Origin: Eledone cirrhosa | Taxonomy: Eukaryota | DNA length: 64,000 bases | Direction of reading: 5' to 3' | Assembly (NCBI GenBank): GCA_964016885.1 | Contig: OZ024742.1 | Coordinates: 154,504,001 to 154,568,000, forward strand | Translations under genes and position numbers: made by a program | Part shown: in pieces, positions 13,926 through 26,715 of the stretch | Position numbering within the stretch: the first letter of the stretch is position 1 | Layout: every line of letters begins with the position of its first letter | Notes under the pieces: model-generated | The model's database searches: none | Seen by the model: the letters and a program-made list of their open reading frames with translations, nothing else | What the model was told of the DNA's origin: nothing

Positions 13926-15878
13926 GGTTTAAAGAAATAATGTTTAAATATTTTAGATTCTTCAACATATATGCTATTACATTAAAATGTACAGGTATAG
14001 ATAGATGTATGCTTGGATGAGACAAACATGCAATAATGTTTTGATTCAAGTTCACCAATTGTATTTCAATCATTTTTAGGCAGTTAGCATAATAAAAAGC
14101 TGAGACGATTACACGCACGTTACAACGCAGTAGCTTACACACATGCACCTTCACATATATATGTTTTCTGTGAGATAGGCTTATAGATGCGTCCCACTTG
14201 TGATACAGAAACATCACATGATTAGGTTTTAATTACGAATGACGTCGGCTGCTTTCCCTCATGAAAATATAATGAATTATTTATTTATCTCTTTGAAGGA
14301 CAGAAAATGACAATATGGCTTTTACAAAAATTCAAATTTAAATAATTTGGTTTAGTCATAAATAATCTAATGTTACTGCATCAGAAATTACTGTGGATAG
14401 TTTTTGACACAAAAAAACAGTTTTGCCCGTGCGCTTTTCCCTTTCTTTCTCTCGTTTACTTCCTCTAACTTACATTTTATCTTCCAACGAAGGTCTAACG
14501 TACGAAACAGTAATACATTTTTGTTCTTCTATATGAAGTGTTATAGTAACATATATTATAATTGTAATGTATTTGTATATATATATATATATATATTACT
14601 CTTTTACCTCTTCCAGCCATCCGGCTGAGGCCATGCTGGCACACCATTTATCGACATTTATAAATAAATTATCGCACCGTCAACATGTGGAAAATGTCGA
14701 ACGCAGAATCTAAACTATAATAAAGTAAGGAGTGCAGGACTGCGTACAGTTTATTTCTTTTAATCCAGCTAGTAAAATAAGTTGGATTACTTTCATTAAA
14801 TAATGAATGAATATTACATAATTCATCTACTAAATTTCGGACCTGTTGATTAAATATATGTTATTGTTTATTTAAAGATTCACTTCTTTAAAATGTTCAA
14901 ATGTCAACACTTTCGGTTAGCGATAGCTTAAATAAACATTCATATATTTCTGTCACTAATTATCTCCTAATGTAGTTTATATATAACATCGTCTCCTAAT
15001 GTAGTTTATATATAACATCGTCATCTAAATAACGTTACAAATGGGAGAGAAAATAAGAACACATATGATATATACAAAGCATATAAATAAATTTACAGTA
15101 GAATAACATAACAAATATGTTTTAAATATATACATAAATAACATTACAAATGCTTAGATAACATTATAAATTGCTCACGATTCTCTCAGTAGAATATATT
15201 CCTTTAGTGTTACAATATTAAAGAAAATATAAAGGAAGGGGTGAACAACAGAGCAAAAGACAGCAGCGAGGAGTACTGGAAAACCTCTCTAATGATTTTT
15301 GAGGCAAGCCACCATACTCGTAGTGTTAACTCGGGTGATGGCGAAGCTAATATCAATATGCACACTATACATGCTGTCAGAAAACCACCCGAAGGATGGT
15401 TTATCTGCTAATATAACATTAAATATAATCGATTGCTATAAATAATTAGAATGTCGTGTAAATTACCCCCGTAGATGGAAAATGTGGCCACCAAGCTAAA
15501 CTGTAACGAATTTTGTATCCCTCAAATTTGGACTATATGTTCTTGCACTATTGAGCTTAAATGACACCTGGCGATAATTACGGTCTAAATATTAGTATAT
15601 ATCCAATTGAAGTATGATGAAATATGCAAACTAACCATCTGAACGAATCTATTTACAACAATGTTGCACAGTTATTTTCATCGCTCCATGTTTTCTTCAT
15701 TTTCTAAGGATATATATATATGTTACAATTCAATCTATACACGTGTAGCAGAACATTGAACTGAACTTACTTGCGTGTGTATAGGGTTGACCCAATATTT
15801 CCAATTTACATCGTCAAATCTCAATTTGACGATTATAACGTTTGTTGTTTTGTAATTTAACTTTCGGTGAATACTATT

Positions 15879-16091
15879 TTGGTAAATTTATATATTTTCT
15901 TTGACCTCGCGTCAGTGTGTGTGAGTGTGTGTGTACTCACTCACACTAACTGTGACTATCTATAGTTCTACAGATTTGATGCTATGTTGGTAAATGTATA
16001 TATTTTTTTCTTTGACCGCGCTTCGGTGTGTGTGAGTGTGGGTGTACCCACTCACATTAACTGTGACCGATTGTAATTCTACAGATTTGAT
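15879..16091. repeat. Imperfect tandem duplication of about 110 bp
   Basis: TTGGTAAAT.TATATATTTT...GTGTGTGTGAGTGTG...CTAACTGTGAC...TTCTACAGATTTGAT occurs twice. Confidence 0.8.
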
Positions 16092-16271
16092 TGATGTCAA
16101 GCGTCTTTTACAGCTATTGGGAGATAGAGACGTGATAGTTTTATGACCCTAACTGAAGACGATAGCAGCCGCCGTGTTTTGACTTCTTCATCTTCATATG
16201 AGGGACTAAACTCTGTCCGTGAACATCGTTAATTTTCTCACTCATATCAAGGATTTGAAGACAATTCATTT

Positions 16272-16345
16272 TCACCTGACGAGATCAGTGATAATCGATC
16301 ATGGCTACACGATCGATCTATCTCTTATTGAAACACGTGTCGTGA
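16272..16345 (+). ncRNA. Type I hammerhead ribozyme motif (PLE-type, long stem II)
   Basis: TCAC-CTGACGA-[stem II including ATCGATC/GATCGAT]-GAAA-CACGTG-TC-GTGA. Stem I is TCAC/GTGA and stem III is the palindrome ACACGTGT. Confidence 0.75.
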
Positions 16346-16520
16346 TTAAAATGATTGGAAATGTATACCATGCCTTCGGATTTTTATTTTGATATAATTA
16401 CTCCGTTTTACATCATGTAGCTGTTCCCATAAATTGAATTGGAGATATGCAAAAGCGTGGAGAACCTAATATTGGTAATACAAATTTATTGGACCGTTTG
16501 ACACAACCAATAATATACCT

Positions 16521-16749
<229 letters not shown>

Positions 16750-16795
16750 GAAATGACAGGAGGCTGGATTTGTGTAAATCCTTGAAAGGTTTATT

Positions 16796-16853
16796 ATACT
16801 ATGATCATTTCAATGACCGGGTTCCGTATGAATCCGGTGATATCATCAGGTAT
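16796..16853 (-). ncRNA. Type I hammerhead ribozyme motif
   Basis: Minus strand: ATAC-CTGATGA-TATCACCGGATTC-ATACG-GAACCCGGTCATT-GAAA-TGATCA-TA-GTAT. Stem III is the palindrome ATGATCAT, and stem II has mismatches. Confidence 0.7.
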
Positions 16854-17239
16854 TCGAAATATAATACGTGAATGTAATAGGTAAAATCCATGGGGCTGAA
16901 AATCGAGACCCGAGGGCGACCGCTATTCTGTTCCTTCAACCTCAGCCGGTCGCCCTGGAGTGACGTGGCTAAATTTTACAGTATGCTACTACCGGTCAGA
17001 TGAACGAAAACAGAAAGGGATGGGAGCATATGTTAACGTCGATCCCATGACACAAGGTAAAAGAAAGAAAGAAAGGAAGGAGAGAGAATAAGGGGGAAGA
17101 AAGAAGCAGAGAAGCCAGGGTTAATGTCAGCTAAAAGAGGAAGGCAACTACTACTGGTCAGATATAGGCAAGCAAGAGGGGGAAGGAAGATAAGTCTGCG
17201 GGAGGAAGACAGGGGGAAGGGAGGAGAGAAGGAAAGGAA

Positions 17240-17912
17240 GAGAGAAGTAGAAAAGTAAGGGTTGATGGCTACAAGTAGGAAGATAGAAAGAAAGAGGATG
17301 AAAAGTCGATATTAATGTCAGACCACAGTCAAGCCAGGAGTGGCGCGAGAAAATTTTCGCAGGGACCCGCGTCTTAGCAGAGGTGAATATATTGGGAGTC
17401 AGTGTTTTACAGTGTTTAGACTTCTAGGATGAAGTTAAAAAATTAATAATCAACATTCAATATTAAAGAGGTTAGAAAATTTAAAGTTCAACAGTTTAAC
17501 ATTTAATTATATAATAGTTCCGATTTGTTCTGTAATTTAAAGGTACTACTTGGCGGTTAAAACACCGGCCGCGCCCCGGGCCCCATGACGAACTAAGCCA
17601 CGCCGAGTATTTTCATTTACTGAAAGAAGGGGAAATTTAATTTTCCAAGCACTCCAGGTGAGCTCGTTCGCAAGGGAGCCGGTCGCGCTGCCATCAAAAC
17701 CCACCCAACAATCCGACAGAAAGTTGGAACTTTAAAATTTTGCTTAGAGAAGTAAAAGAGTAATGGTTGATAGCTACAAGAAGGAAGATAGAAAGAGAGA
17801 GGAAGGAAGGTTGATATTAATGTCACACCACAGTCGGGCCAGGAGTGGCGCGACAAAATGTTCACAGGGACTCGCATCTTAGCAGAGGTGAATATATTGG
17901 GGGTCAGTGTGT
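17240..17912. repeat. Dispersed direct duplication of about 165 bp
   Basis: AGAGAAGTA.AA.AGTAA.GGTTGAT.GCTACAAG...GCCAGGAGTGGCGCGA...CTTAGCAGAGGTGAATATATTGGG at about 17240-17405 and 17746-17912. Confidence 0.8.
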
Positions 17913-17914
17913 TT

Positions 17915-17994
17915 AAGCTGTTACTTAAATATAAGTATGTGTTCGTACACATATATATGTATACAGACGTACAGTAGTATGTATATATATATAT

Positions 17995-18032
<38 letters not shown>

Positions 18033-18214
18033 GTACGTATGGATTTACCGAACAGTTATTATACATATATGTATACAGACGTACAGCATCCTGTCTTTGT
18101 CAGTGTTGAACAAAAGAGCAGCGATGGTTGCTAAACACTGTACGGCTTCATTCGGGATGTTTGTTTACAAACACAACGAGCATTATAATAAATGTTCGGT
18201 ACATCCATACGTAC

Positions 18215-18245
<31 letters not shown>

Positions 18246-18662
18246 CATGTATTTATCTATATATATACATACTACTGTACGTCTGTATACATATAAATAT
18301 GTACGTATACATACTTATATTTAAGTAACATCCGTACTAAGAGTGAGAAATGAAATTTCGTTTCATTTTTTCCGTTTATCGTTTTCGGTGCACCCGGCCG
18401 ATTAACTTTACTCGATATGCAAATTAGGCTGCTCAGCCGTTAATATGCATAATAAAGTATATACTTTCAGACTTTCAATCATCTTATATGATTGTATACG
18501 GTGATGACGATGGCTAATAAGCTTGAAACTAGTACATCGTTCCTTTGTCACTGTTGAACAAAAGAGCAACGATGGTTGATAAACACTGTACGGCTTAATT
18601 CGGGATGTTTGTTTACAAACACACCGAGCATTATAATAAATGTTCGGTAAATCCATACCTAC

Positions 18663-18694
<32 letters not shown>

Positions 18695-18701
18695 ATGTAT
18701 G

Positions 18702-18733
<32 letters not shown>

Positions 18734-18778
18734 CATACACCTCTACGTCTGTATACATTATGTGTATGTACGTATACG

Positions 18779-18790
<12 letters not shown>
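17915..18790 (+). mobile_element. Dispersed retrozyme-like repeat (about 1.5 units of about 448 bp, with inverted 5' segment) containing a decayed hammerhead
   Basis: CTTTGTCA..GTTGAACAAAAGAGC recurs at 18095 and 18543. Octamer at 18417. HHR at 18498-18540 (ACGGTG-ATGACGA-TGGCT AATA AGCTT-GAAA-CTAG-TA-CATCGT, C3>A). 17915-18085 is an inverted copy of about 18185-18330. Confidence 0.75.
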
Positions 18791-18870
<80 letters not shown>

Positions 18871-21800
18871 TGTATGTGTGCGTGTGTGTGTCTTGGCTAA
18901 AAGTGCAAAGCTGCATATTGGTACACGAACTTGCAAAATCTTCCTTCCAACTGTAGCCGTTTTTAGGTCCAAAAATATTGGCAATCCTTCCCTCATGTAA
19001 TGAAAATTCTTATCATGAATATTAGTCATCAATATTTCTGACATGGTGATTTGTTGGGCACTTGTGAACCAAGCATTGGAAATATATATTTCAACACAAA
19101 TATCATAGATCAATTATATAAATGGAAGGACATTGGAAACCTAAAAACAGGATGATGACATGTGACGTCCATGATCATAGATCATTTCGATCAGAGCTCA
19201 CCTACGTTTTAACAATAGATTTAGCGATTAAATACACCACAAACTTTAGCAAACTCTTCCCTTCAAAACCAAATACCACAACCATCAACACAATTCTGAA
19301 CCAAACGTTTTCATTAAAACTACGCACTATCACGTCTACGATCACCTCCACATTAAGCAACCTATTGTGTCATGAAGACTCTCTATCACATCCACTGTCA
19401 GCAGGAACATGAATGAACGCTTTCTATCAAAACAAACAATCACTACCATCACAAAACATTATATCCAATTGGTACTATTAAACTAACAAGCTCAATCCAC
19501 ATCACCACAAGTTGAGACCCATTGTTGCAATAAGAATAATCAAACATCACAACACACTGTCACAAAGAAAGACATGATCCACCTATTACCATCACGAACT
19601 ATAATCACCGACACCACCACCATGAACAACATGTATCTGTTGTTACTATCCAATCCTACTACCTCAAACACCTCCACAAACATGTTATAAACAAAACAAA
19701 CTGATACAACCACTCTAAAAATATTAACAAAACAAGGAAAAATTACCAACATCAAAACGGCTAGATATCAGAATAGCCACCTCTAAAAAGAGGATCCTAT
19801 TATTACCATCTAAGGGAACAATCACAACAGCCGCTACAAAATACAACCAGTTGCTACAATTAAACCCAAATATAACAAGCCTGAAGGATTTATTACCAAC
19901 TAAACGCGCAACTAACACAAACACCACCAAAAGAATCAATAACATTTTACGTTCCAAAACAGCGGTCACGATCAGCTCAAATATGAACCAATGATTGCAA
20001 TAGCTACCAACCCACCACAAAGTCAAATCCACCTACATGAACATTACTCGAGCTACAGTAGCCCTACCAATTATCATTATCCAGAGACAAAAATGGATCT
20101 GCGATTTGATGTCGATACAAACTCATTAGGAAAATATTTCTGATTTGAAGTATTAACCAACACTCCTTTAAAATCACATTTAAAATCTTTTTAAAAATGA
20201 AGAATAGGATTAACAACAATGTATTGCAGTTTTTGTAAAGAAAAACAGGATTTGAGCACGGCTGGAATAAATTTAATGATAAAGTTATTAAAATGGACCT
20301 CATATAACAAAAGTTTGTGTCATTTGATTTACATTTTAGATATATTTCTGGTTAAAGGCATATCTGTGTTTCTATCCATTTATCCCTTTCCTTCTCGCTT
20401 CCTTTCGTTCTTTCCTCACGCACTTACATGCACGCGCTTATCTGTTATTTCAGTGGATGAGCATGATTTTGCGTACTGACAAGAAAAGGAAAATTGGTAT
20501 ACGGCGAATGATTGTAAGAACATGCAATTGAAATTAGGTAAGTAAAGTTGTAGATATATCACAGTTTAATTAATTCATTAAATATTAAATAAACTATATA
20601 AAGAACATAAAGTTTCGCTCAATGGGTCATTAGTAAGAGGAATATATTTTAATGCAATTACATGGAATAAAAAAATATATTGAAACAAGCACAGTTCTCT
20701 ACTGAAATAGTAATAGCTCAATTAAAGATATTCTACTGAATTTGTAAAAGGAGGATAAGTGACAATAGCAGAATATTAACATGTATTGAATGAATGTAAT
20801 TGTATGTTGAAAGTTGGTGATATTTTGCGATTAACATTGCAAATTCGCTTTTATTGTATAGGAAGAAACCTGCTGAAAGGAAATAATTCTTAGAAGCCAG
20901 AATATAGGTATTTTTTATCTTCTGCATTATTATTGCTATGCATCACAGAAGAAAATTAATTTTATAAAGATTTCAATATATATATAAGGAAAAATATGGA
21001 ATTCGAAAAAAATTGACATAATAGTATTTAAAGGACATTCAAACTATTTTTGTCTCACAACATTTCCCCTATTTTCGAACAAGTAGTTTCATTCGATATG
21101 CATTTGCAATGTTTTTAAGGTCAGATTTAAGTAGGGGAATAGCTTATACGGTCTAGCATTAATCCTTTGTATCATTATACTTATCAGTATTATTATCTTC
21201 ACTGTTTGCATTTAATACATTGCCGAATACAGATCTGTGTGCCTTTTATGTGCGCTTTTCCTCGTAGATCACGGGGTTTTGTTATGTTTTGCATGTTTCC
21301 TTTTTATCATTCCTAGAACACTTATAGTAAATTTTGTTCAAATACCTAATTGTCAGTCGGTCAAGTCTCACCAAAAATCAATAATTGTTTAACTATGTAG
21401 AAAACCACACTGTCTGGTTTGAAATGTTCAATTCGTTGGTCACATTTGACAATAATGTCACATATAATCTTGACATGGTCATTTTATATAACAGTTTCTA
21501 GCTTGGGCGCTTTCCACTTGTTTTTACTTTCAAGGCCGTATTTTCTACATAATTGCCAATAAACGGTGTTTGCTATGTTAGCTTTGTGACGTTTGTAGTG
21601 TCATGTTCTAACTTTGTGCACTGGCTCGTGATATGCCACGCATGTACTCCTTTTTCAGGCACATTCTACACATTTCAGTTATATTTGTGTTCTCAATCAT
21701 GTTTTTCACATAATTTATCCTCAAGGCTTGCACCTGCGCTGTCATTTCTAGTTTAAAGTCACCTCTCTGCATATAAAGTCACATATTCTCATTCTTTATC

Positions 21801-23408
21801 AAGCTGGCTTTGATATTCTCTTCTGATATACCACATCCTTCGCAACTGGTGAGTCCTTTCTTTCATTTCTTTCATGCAAAATAACACCTGTCAAGCTCAT
21901 GTTTTTCCTATCCAAGCTTTGAAATTATTTTACTGTTCCCCAAAACTTTCCAGCACCGTAATATAGAATCTTCTAAAGCCAGCTACATCATATTCAATGC
22001 CAGGTTAGCAGGAAACAGATGCAAAATATGGCACGTTGAATGTTTGCGCATACATTTTGCTGTTGTTTTACAAACTGTTTGAGAGACTACGGACAGCCAT
22101 AAAGTAGCTTTATTGAGATCATAACATTGCTTTCCAACTATTGGTGCCATTCATAGCAAATAGCTCAGGTCTGTACCACTAAGACGTATTTGAAAACAAT
22201 CTGCACCATTCTCCAACGCCCTTCCCCATCAATAGCAACAATTGGACCAGCATCAATAACAATATCAGCTGCAGCAGCAGAACTGGCCGAAGCAAAAAAA
22301 AAAAGAACACCAATAGCAACAACGACAACTTCAACAGCATCAATAGCTGCAGCTGCAGCAATATCTATTTACATAAATAAAAAAAAAGACAATGTATCCC
22401 CAGCTTTAGCAACCTAATTCCCAAACCACAATACGACGTACCAGAAATTGCCTCTTCCTCTTTCAGACATGTCGAACATCAAGAGAGTCGAAATTATGCT
22501 GTAGCCCAATGTCCATAAACAAAGGTAGAATAAAATGAAAATATCATCAAATACACCTATACAAAAACACGCCACCACGACAACTGGGTTGCTTGGGAAA
22601 CATCTATATCTCTCATGATACGGAACCAGAACATCAGTCGCTATTGCTAGAGGTAGCCACCAATGCAGACCTAGTCTTCAGTGTAATAACCGTTGTGGCC
22701 CCGATAAGAACGTCTGCATCCCTGTTGTACGCTGGCAATATGTGTCTATGTAGCTGATAGGAGAAAAGGGTACAAAAGTCCCACGAACTTGCTAAGACTT
22801 TCAAACACTTTCATAGCTACAGACGAGAATTCCAGTTTGTGCCTGTTGGACATGGGAAAACCGAAGCGGGTAATCAATATCCTATGTAGATAACCTATTA
22901 TGTATGTAAATATAATAGACTAGTGTTTCGCAATGAATAATGGTCGGCTCGCCGGAGCAGGAATTTATTATCTGTAAAGTCGATGTGCTTAGGCACATTA
23001 TCAGAGACAAGACAATTGACTTTGCCGGACCACAAAGATTGCCAGGACCATATTAATTACCTATTTAAGTGGGAGCTGATGATGACCCGTCTGTAATATC
23101 TAATGGCTTTTGGAAAAGCGATTATAATAGTTTTGCTAAGTTTTACCGAGGGACTAACCATAGAAAAAAAAACAGATTAGAAGAACAGCTAGTTAGAATC
23201 TTAAAAGAGGCTTACAGAATGTGTTATATTTCTTTCCTCACTTCGTTACCATTTTCACATATTTTCTCCACAGTACTCTGCCATATTTCCATTTGTGTGA
23301 TTTATCGTTATGATTATGTTGCCTACAAGCATTCAATTAGTTTCCATGGTGGAATGACTTTCTCTACTTCTCTGCAAATCTACGCACCCCTACTTTCATG
23401 TCTATCTA

Positions 23409-23677
<269 letters not shown>

Positions 23678-23788
23678 AAAAACAAATAAAAACAAATGCA
23701 AATTAGTCTGCCCACTACTAATTTTCATAGAAAAAGCATATAACGCTATGTGCTTTTACGATTCTCTAGAGAGGCCGGAAGATAGGTA

Positions 23789-23833
23789 AATATTGCTGAT
23801 GAGTTGTAACAACAACGAAACTAGTTCAATATT
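23789..23833 (+). ncRNA. Type I minimal hammerhead ribozyme, array unit 1
   Basis: AATATTG-CTGATGA-GTTGT-AACA-ACAAC-GAAA-CTAG-TT-CAATATT: intact core, 7-bp stem I, 5-bp stem II with G10.1-C11.1, palindromic stem III ACTAGT. Predicted cleavage after 23826. Confidence 0.92.
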
Positions 23834-24256
23834 CCTTGTCTGGCTTTCTGGAGAATAGAGGAAAGGTGTTTCCTCAAAAACCAGTATGACTCTAAAATCC
23901 GGTTTGTCTGTGTGTTTACATACGGAATAGCTGGCCACTCACAGTAAAGTGACCAGTGAAAAAAACTTGGTACATCTACATATGTATACGTGTGTGTATT
24001 CATATACATACTAGTATTTCAGTATACATATATGGATGTACATCTTTAACTTAATTGTTTAAGCGTCAGTCATACAAAAGTGAGTTACAAACGAAACGAA
24101 ATTTAATTTCGTTTCGTTATTTGTTTTTATCGTCTCCGTTGAACCGGTACTTACTCACACTCTATGCAAATTAGTCTGCCCACTACTAATTTTCATAGAA
24201 AAAGCATATAACGCTATGTGCTTTTACGATTCTCTAGAGAGGCCGGAAGATAGGTG

Positions 24257-24301
24257 AATATTGCTGATGAGTTGTAACAACAACGAAACTAGTTCAATAT
24301 T
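24257..24301 (+). ncRNA. Type I minimal hammerhead ribozyme, array unit 2
   Basis: Same motif; an upstream A>G change extends stem I to GAATATTG/CAATATTC. Confidence 0.92.
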
Positions 24302-24724
24302 CCTTGTCTGGCTTTCTGGAGAATAGAGGAAAGGTGTTTCCTCAAAAACCAGTATGACTCTAAAAACCGGTTTGTCTGTGTGTTTACATACGGAATAGCT
24401 GGCCACTCACAGTAAAGTGACCAGTGAAAAAAACTTGGTACATCTACATATGTATACGTGTGTGTATTCATATACATACTAGTATTTCAGTATACATATA
24501 TGGATGTACATCTTTAACTTAATTGTTTAAGCGTCAGTCATACAAAAGTGAGTTACAAACGAAACGAAATTTAATTTCGTTTCGTTATTTGTTTTTATCG
24601 TCTCCGTTGAACCGGTACTTACTCACACTCTATGCAAATTAGTCTGCCCACTACTAATTTTCATAGAAAAAGCATATAACGCTATGTGCTTTTACGATTC
24701 TCTAGAGAGGCCGGAAGATAGGTA

Positions 24725-24769
24725 AATATTGCTGATGAGTTGTAACAACAACGAAACTAGTTCAATATT
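24725..24769 (+). ncRNA. Type I minimal hammerhead ribozyme, array unit 3
   Basis: Same motif as unit 1, offset 936. Confidence 0.92.
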
Positions 24770-25192
24770 CCTTGTCTGGCTTTCTGGAGAATAGAGGAAA
24801 GGTGTTTCCTCAAAAACCAGTATGACTCTAAAATCCGGTTTGTCTGTGTGTTTACATACGGAATAGCTGGCCACTCACAGTAAAGTGACCAGTGAAAAAA
24901 ACTTGGTACATCTACATATGTATACGTGTGTGTATTCATATACATACTAGTATTTCAGTATACATATATGGATGTACATCTTTAACTTAATTGTTTAAGC
25001 GTCAGTCATACAAAAGTGAGTTACAAACGAAACGAAATTTAATTTCGTTTCGTTATTTGTTTTTATCGTCTCCGTTGAACCGGTACTTACTCACACTCTA
25101 TGCAAATTAGTCTGCCCACTACTAATTTTCATAGAAAAAGCATATAACGCTATGTGCTTTTACGATTCTCTAGAGAGGCCGGAAGATAGGTA

Positions 25193-25237
25193 AATATTGC
25201 TGATGAGTTGTAACAACAACGAAACTAGTTCAATATT
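25193..25237 (+). ncRNA. Type I minimal hammerhead ribozyme, array unit 4
   Basis: Same motif as unit 1, offset 1404. Confidence 0.92.
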
Positions 25238-25660
25238 CCTTGTCTGGCTTTCTGGAGAATAGAGGAAAGGTGTTTCCTCAAAAACCAGCATGACTCTAAA
25301 ATCCGGTTTGTCTGTGTGTTTACATACGGAATAGCTGGCCACTCACAGTAAAGTGACCAGTGAAAAAAACTTGGTACATCTACATATGTATACGTGTGTG
25401 TATTCATATACATACTAGTATTTCAGTATACATATATGGATGTACATCTTTAACTTAATTGTTTAAGCGTCAGTCATACAAAAGTGAGTTACAAACGAAA
25501 CGAAATTTAATTTCGTTTCGTTATTTGTTTTTATCGTCTCCGTTGAACCGGTACTTACTCACACTCTATGCAAATTAGTCTGCCCACTACTAATTTTCAT
25601 AGAAAAAGCATATAACGCTATGTGCTTTTACGATTCTCTAGAGAGGCCGGAAGATAGGTA

Positions 25661-25705
25661 AATATTGCTGATGAGTTGTAACAACAACGAAACTAGTTCA
25701 ATATT
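25661..25705 (+). ncRNA. Type I minimal hammerhead ribozyme, array unit 5
   Basis: Same motif as unit 1, offset 1872. Confidence 0.92.
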
Positions 25706-26128
25706 CCTTGTCTGGCTTTCTGGAGAATAGAGGAAAGGTGTTTCCTCAAAAACCAGTATGACTCTAAAAACCGGTTTGTCTGTGTGTTTACATACGGAAT
25801 AGCTGGCCACTCACAGTAAAGTGACCAGTGAAAAAAACTTGGTACATCTACATATGTATACGTGTGTGTATTCATATACATACTAGTATTTCAGTATACA
25901 TATATGGATGTACATCTTTAACTTAATTGTTTAAGCGTCAGTCATACAAAAGTGAGTTACAAACGAAACGAAATTTAATTTCGTTTCGTTATTTGTTTTT
26001 ATCGTCTCCGTTGAACCGGTACTTACTCACACTCTATGCAAATTAGTCTGCCCACTACTAATTTTCATAGAAAAAGCATATAACGCTATGTGCTTTTACG
26101 ATTCTCTAGAGAGGCCGGAAGATAGGTA

Positions 26129-26173
26129 AATATTGCTGATGAGTTGTAACAACAACGAAACTAGTTCAATATT
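26129..26173 (+). ncRNA. Type I minimal hammerhead ribozyme, array unit 6
   Basis: Same motif as unit 1, offset 2340. Confidence 0.92.
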
Positions 26174-26652
26174 CCTTGTCTGGCTTTCTGGAGAATAGAG
26201 GAAAGGTGTTTCCTCAAAAACCAGTATGACTCTAAAAACCGGTTTGTCTGTGTGTTTACATACGGAATAACTGGCCACTCACAGTAAAGTGACCAGTGAA
26301 AAAAACTTGGTACATCTACATATGTATACGTGTGTGTATTCATATACATACTAGTATTTCAGTATACATATATGGATGTACATCTTTAACTTAATTGTTT
26401 ATATATATATATATTAGTGTATAGTGGTAGCTATGTTGCTTCTGTAGGCGGTATGCCAAAATTAGCACTCGATATTCAATTCATAGGGCTCAATCCATAC
26501 AAGGACCATGACTCGAGCTACATGCCGGCGAAACATTTGTAACACGAAATAAACTAAGTCTAGATGCATCACTGATTTTTCGTTTTCTTCGTAATATATA
26601 TATATATTAATTCAAAATATTAACAAAATAGATATTCTTGTGATCAAGTATA

Positions 26653-26715
26653 TTTCATTATACATATTTCAGAGGTACTGAGTTAACTTCAACAGCACGC
26701 CCTCATCAGATAAAA
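26653..26715 (-). ncRNA. Type I hammerhead ribozyme motif
   Basis: Minus strand: TTTTAT-CTGATGA-GGGCGTGCTG..CAGTACCTCT-GAAA-TATGTA-TA-ATGAAA. Confidence 0.7.

Larger units (their letters stand above)
23696..26401 (+). repeat. 468-bp tandem array (about 5.8 units, nearly identical), one hammerhead per unit; non-LTR retrozyme-like
   Basis: Lines 23761 and 26101 are identical (offset 2340 = 5 x 468). The ORF track repeats with the same period. Only a few substitutions separate units, and there is no credible protein. Confidence 0.95.

Noticed and set aside
19200-20060. A/C-rich strand-biased region resembling mucin-like coding sequence
   Set aside because: Stops in all plus frames; consistent with decayed (CAA/CAC)n simple repeats.
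22600-22900. Possible RLE-LINE C-terminal remnant
   Set aside because: Motif similarity (VCIP..EK.TK..PV) is too weak to call without a search.
23756-26349. Repeated 60-62 aa minus-strand ORFs in the array
   Set aside because: Short, no recognisable motif, and antisense to the ribozyme; a by-product of the repeat.
23696-26401. CRISPR-like array
   Set aside because: Whole units are repeated with no unique spacers, there are no cas genes, and the context is eukaryotic.
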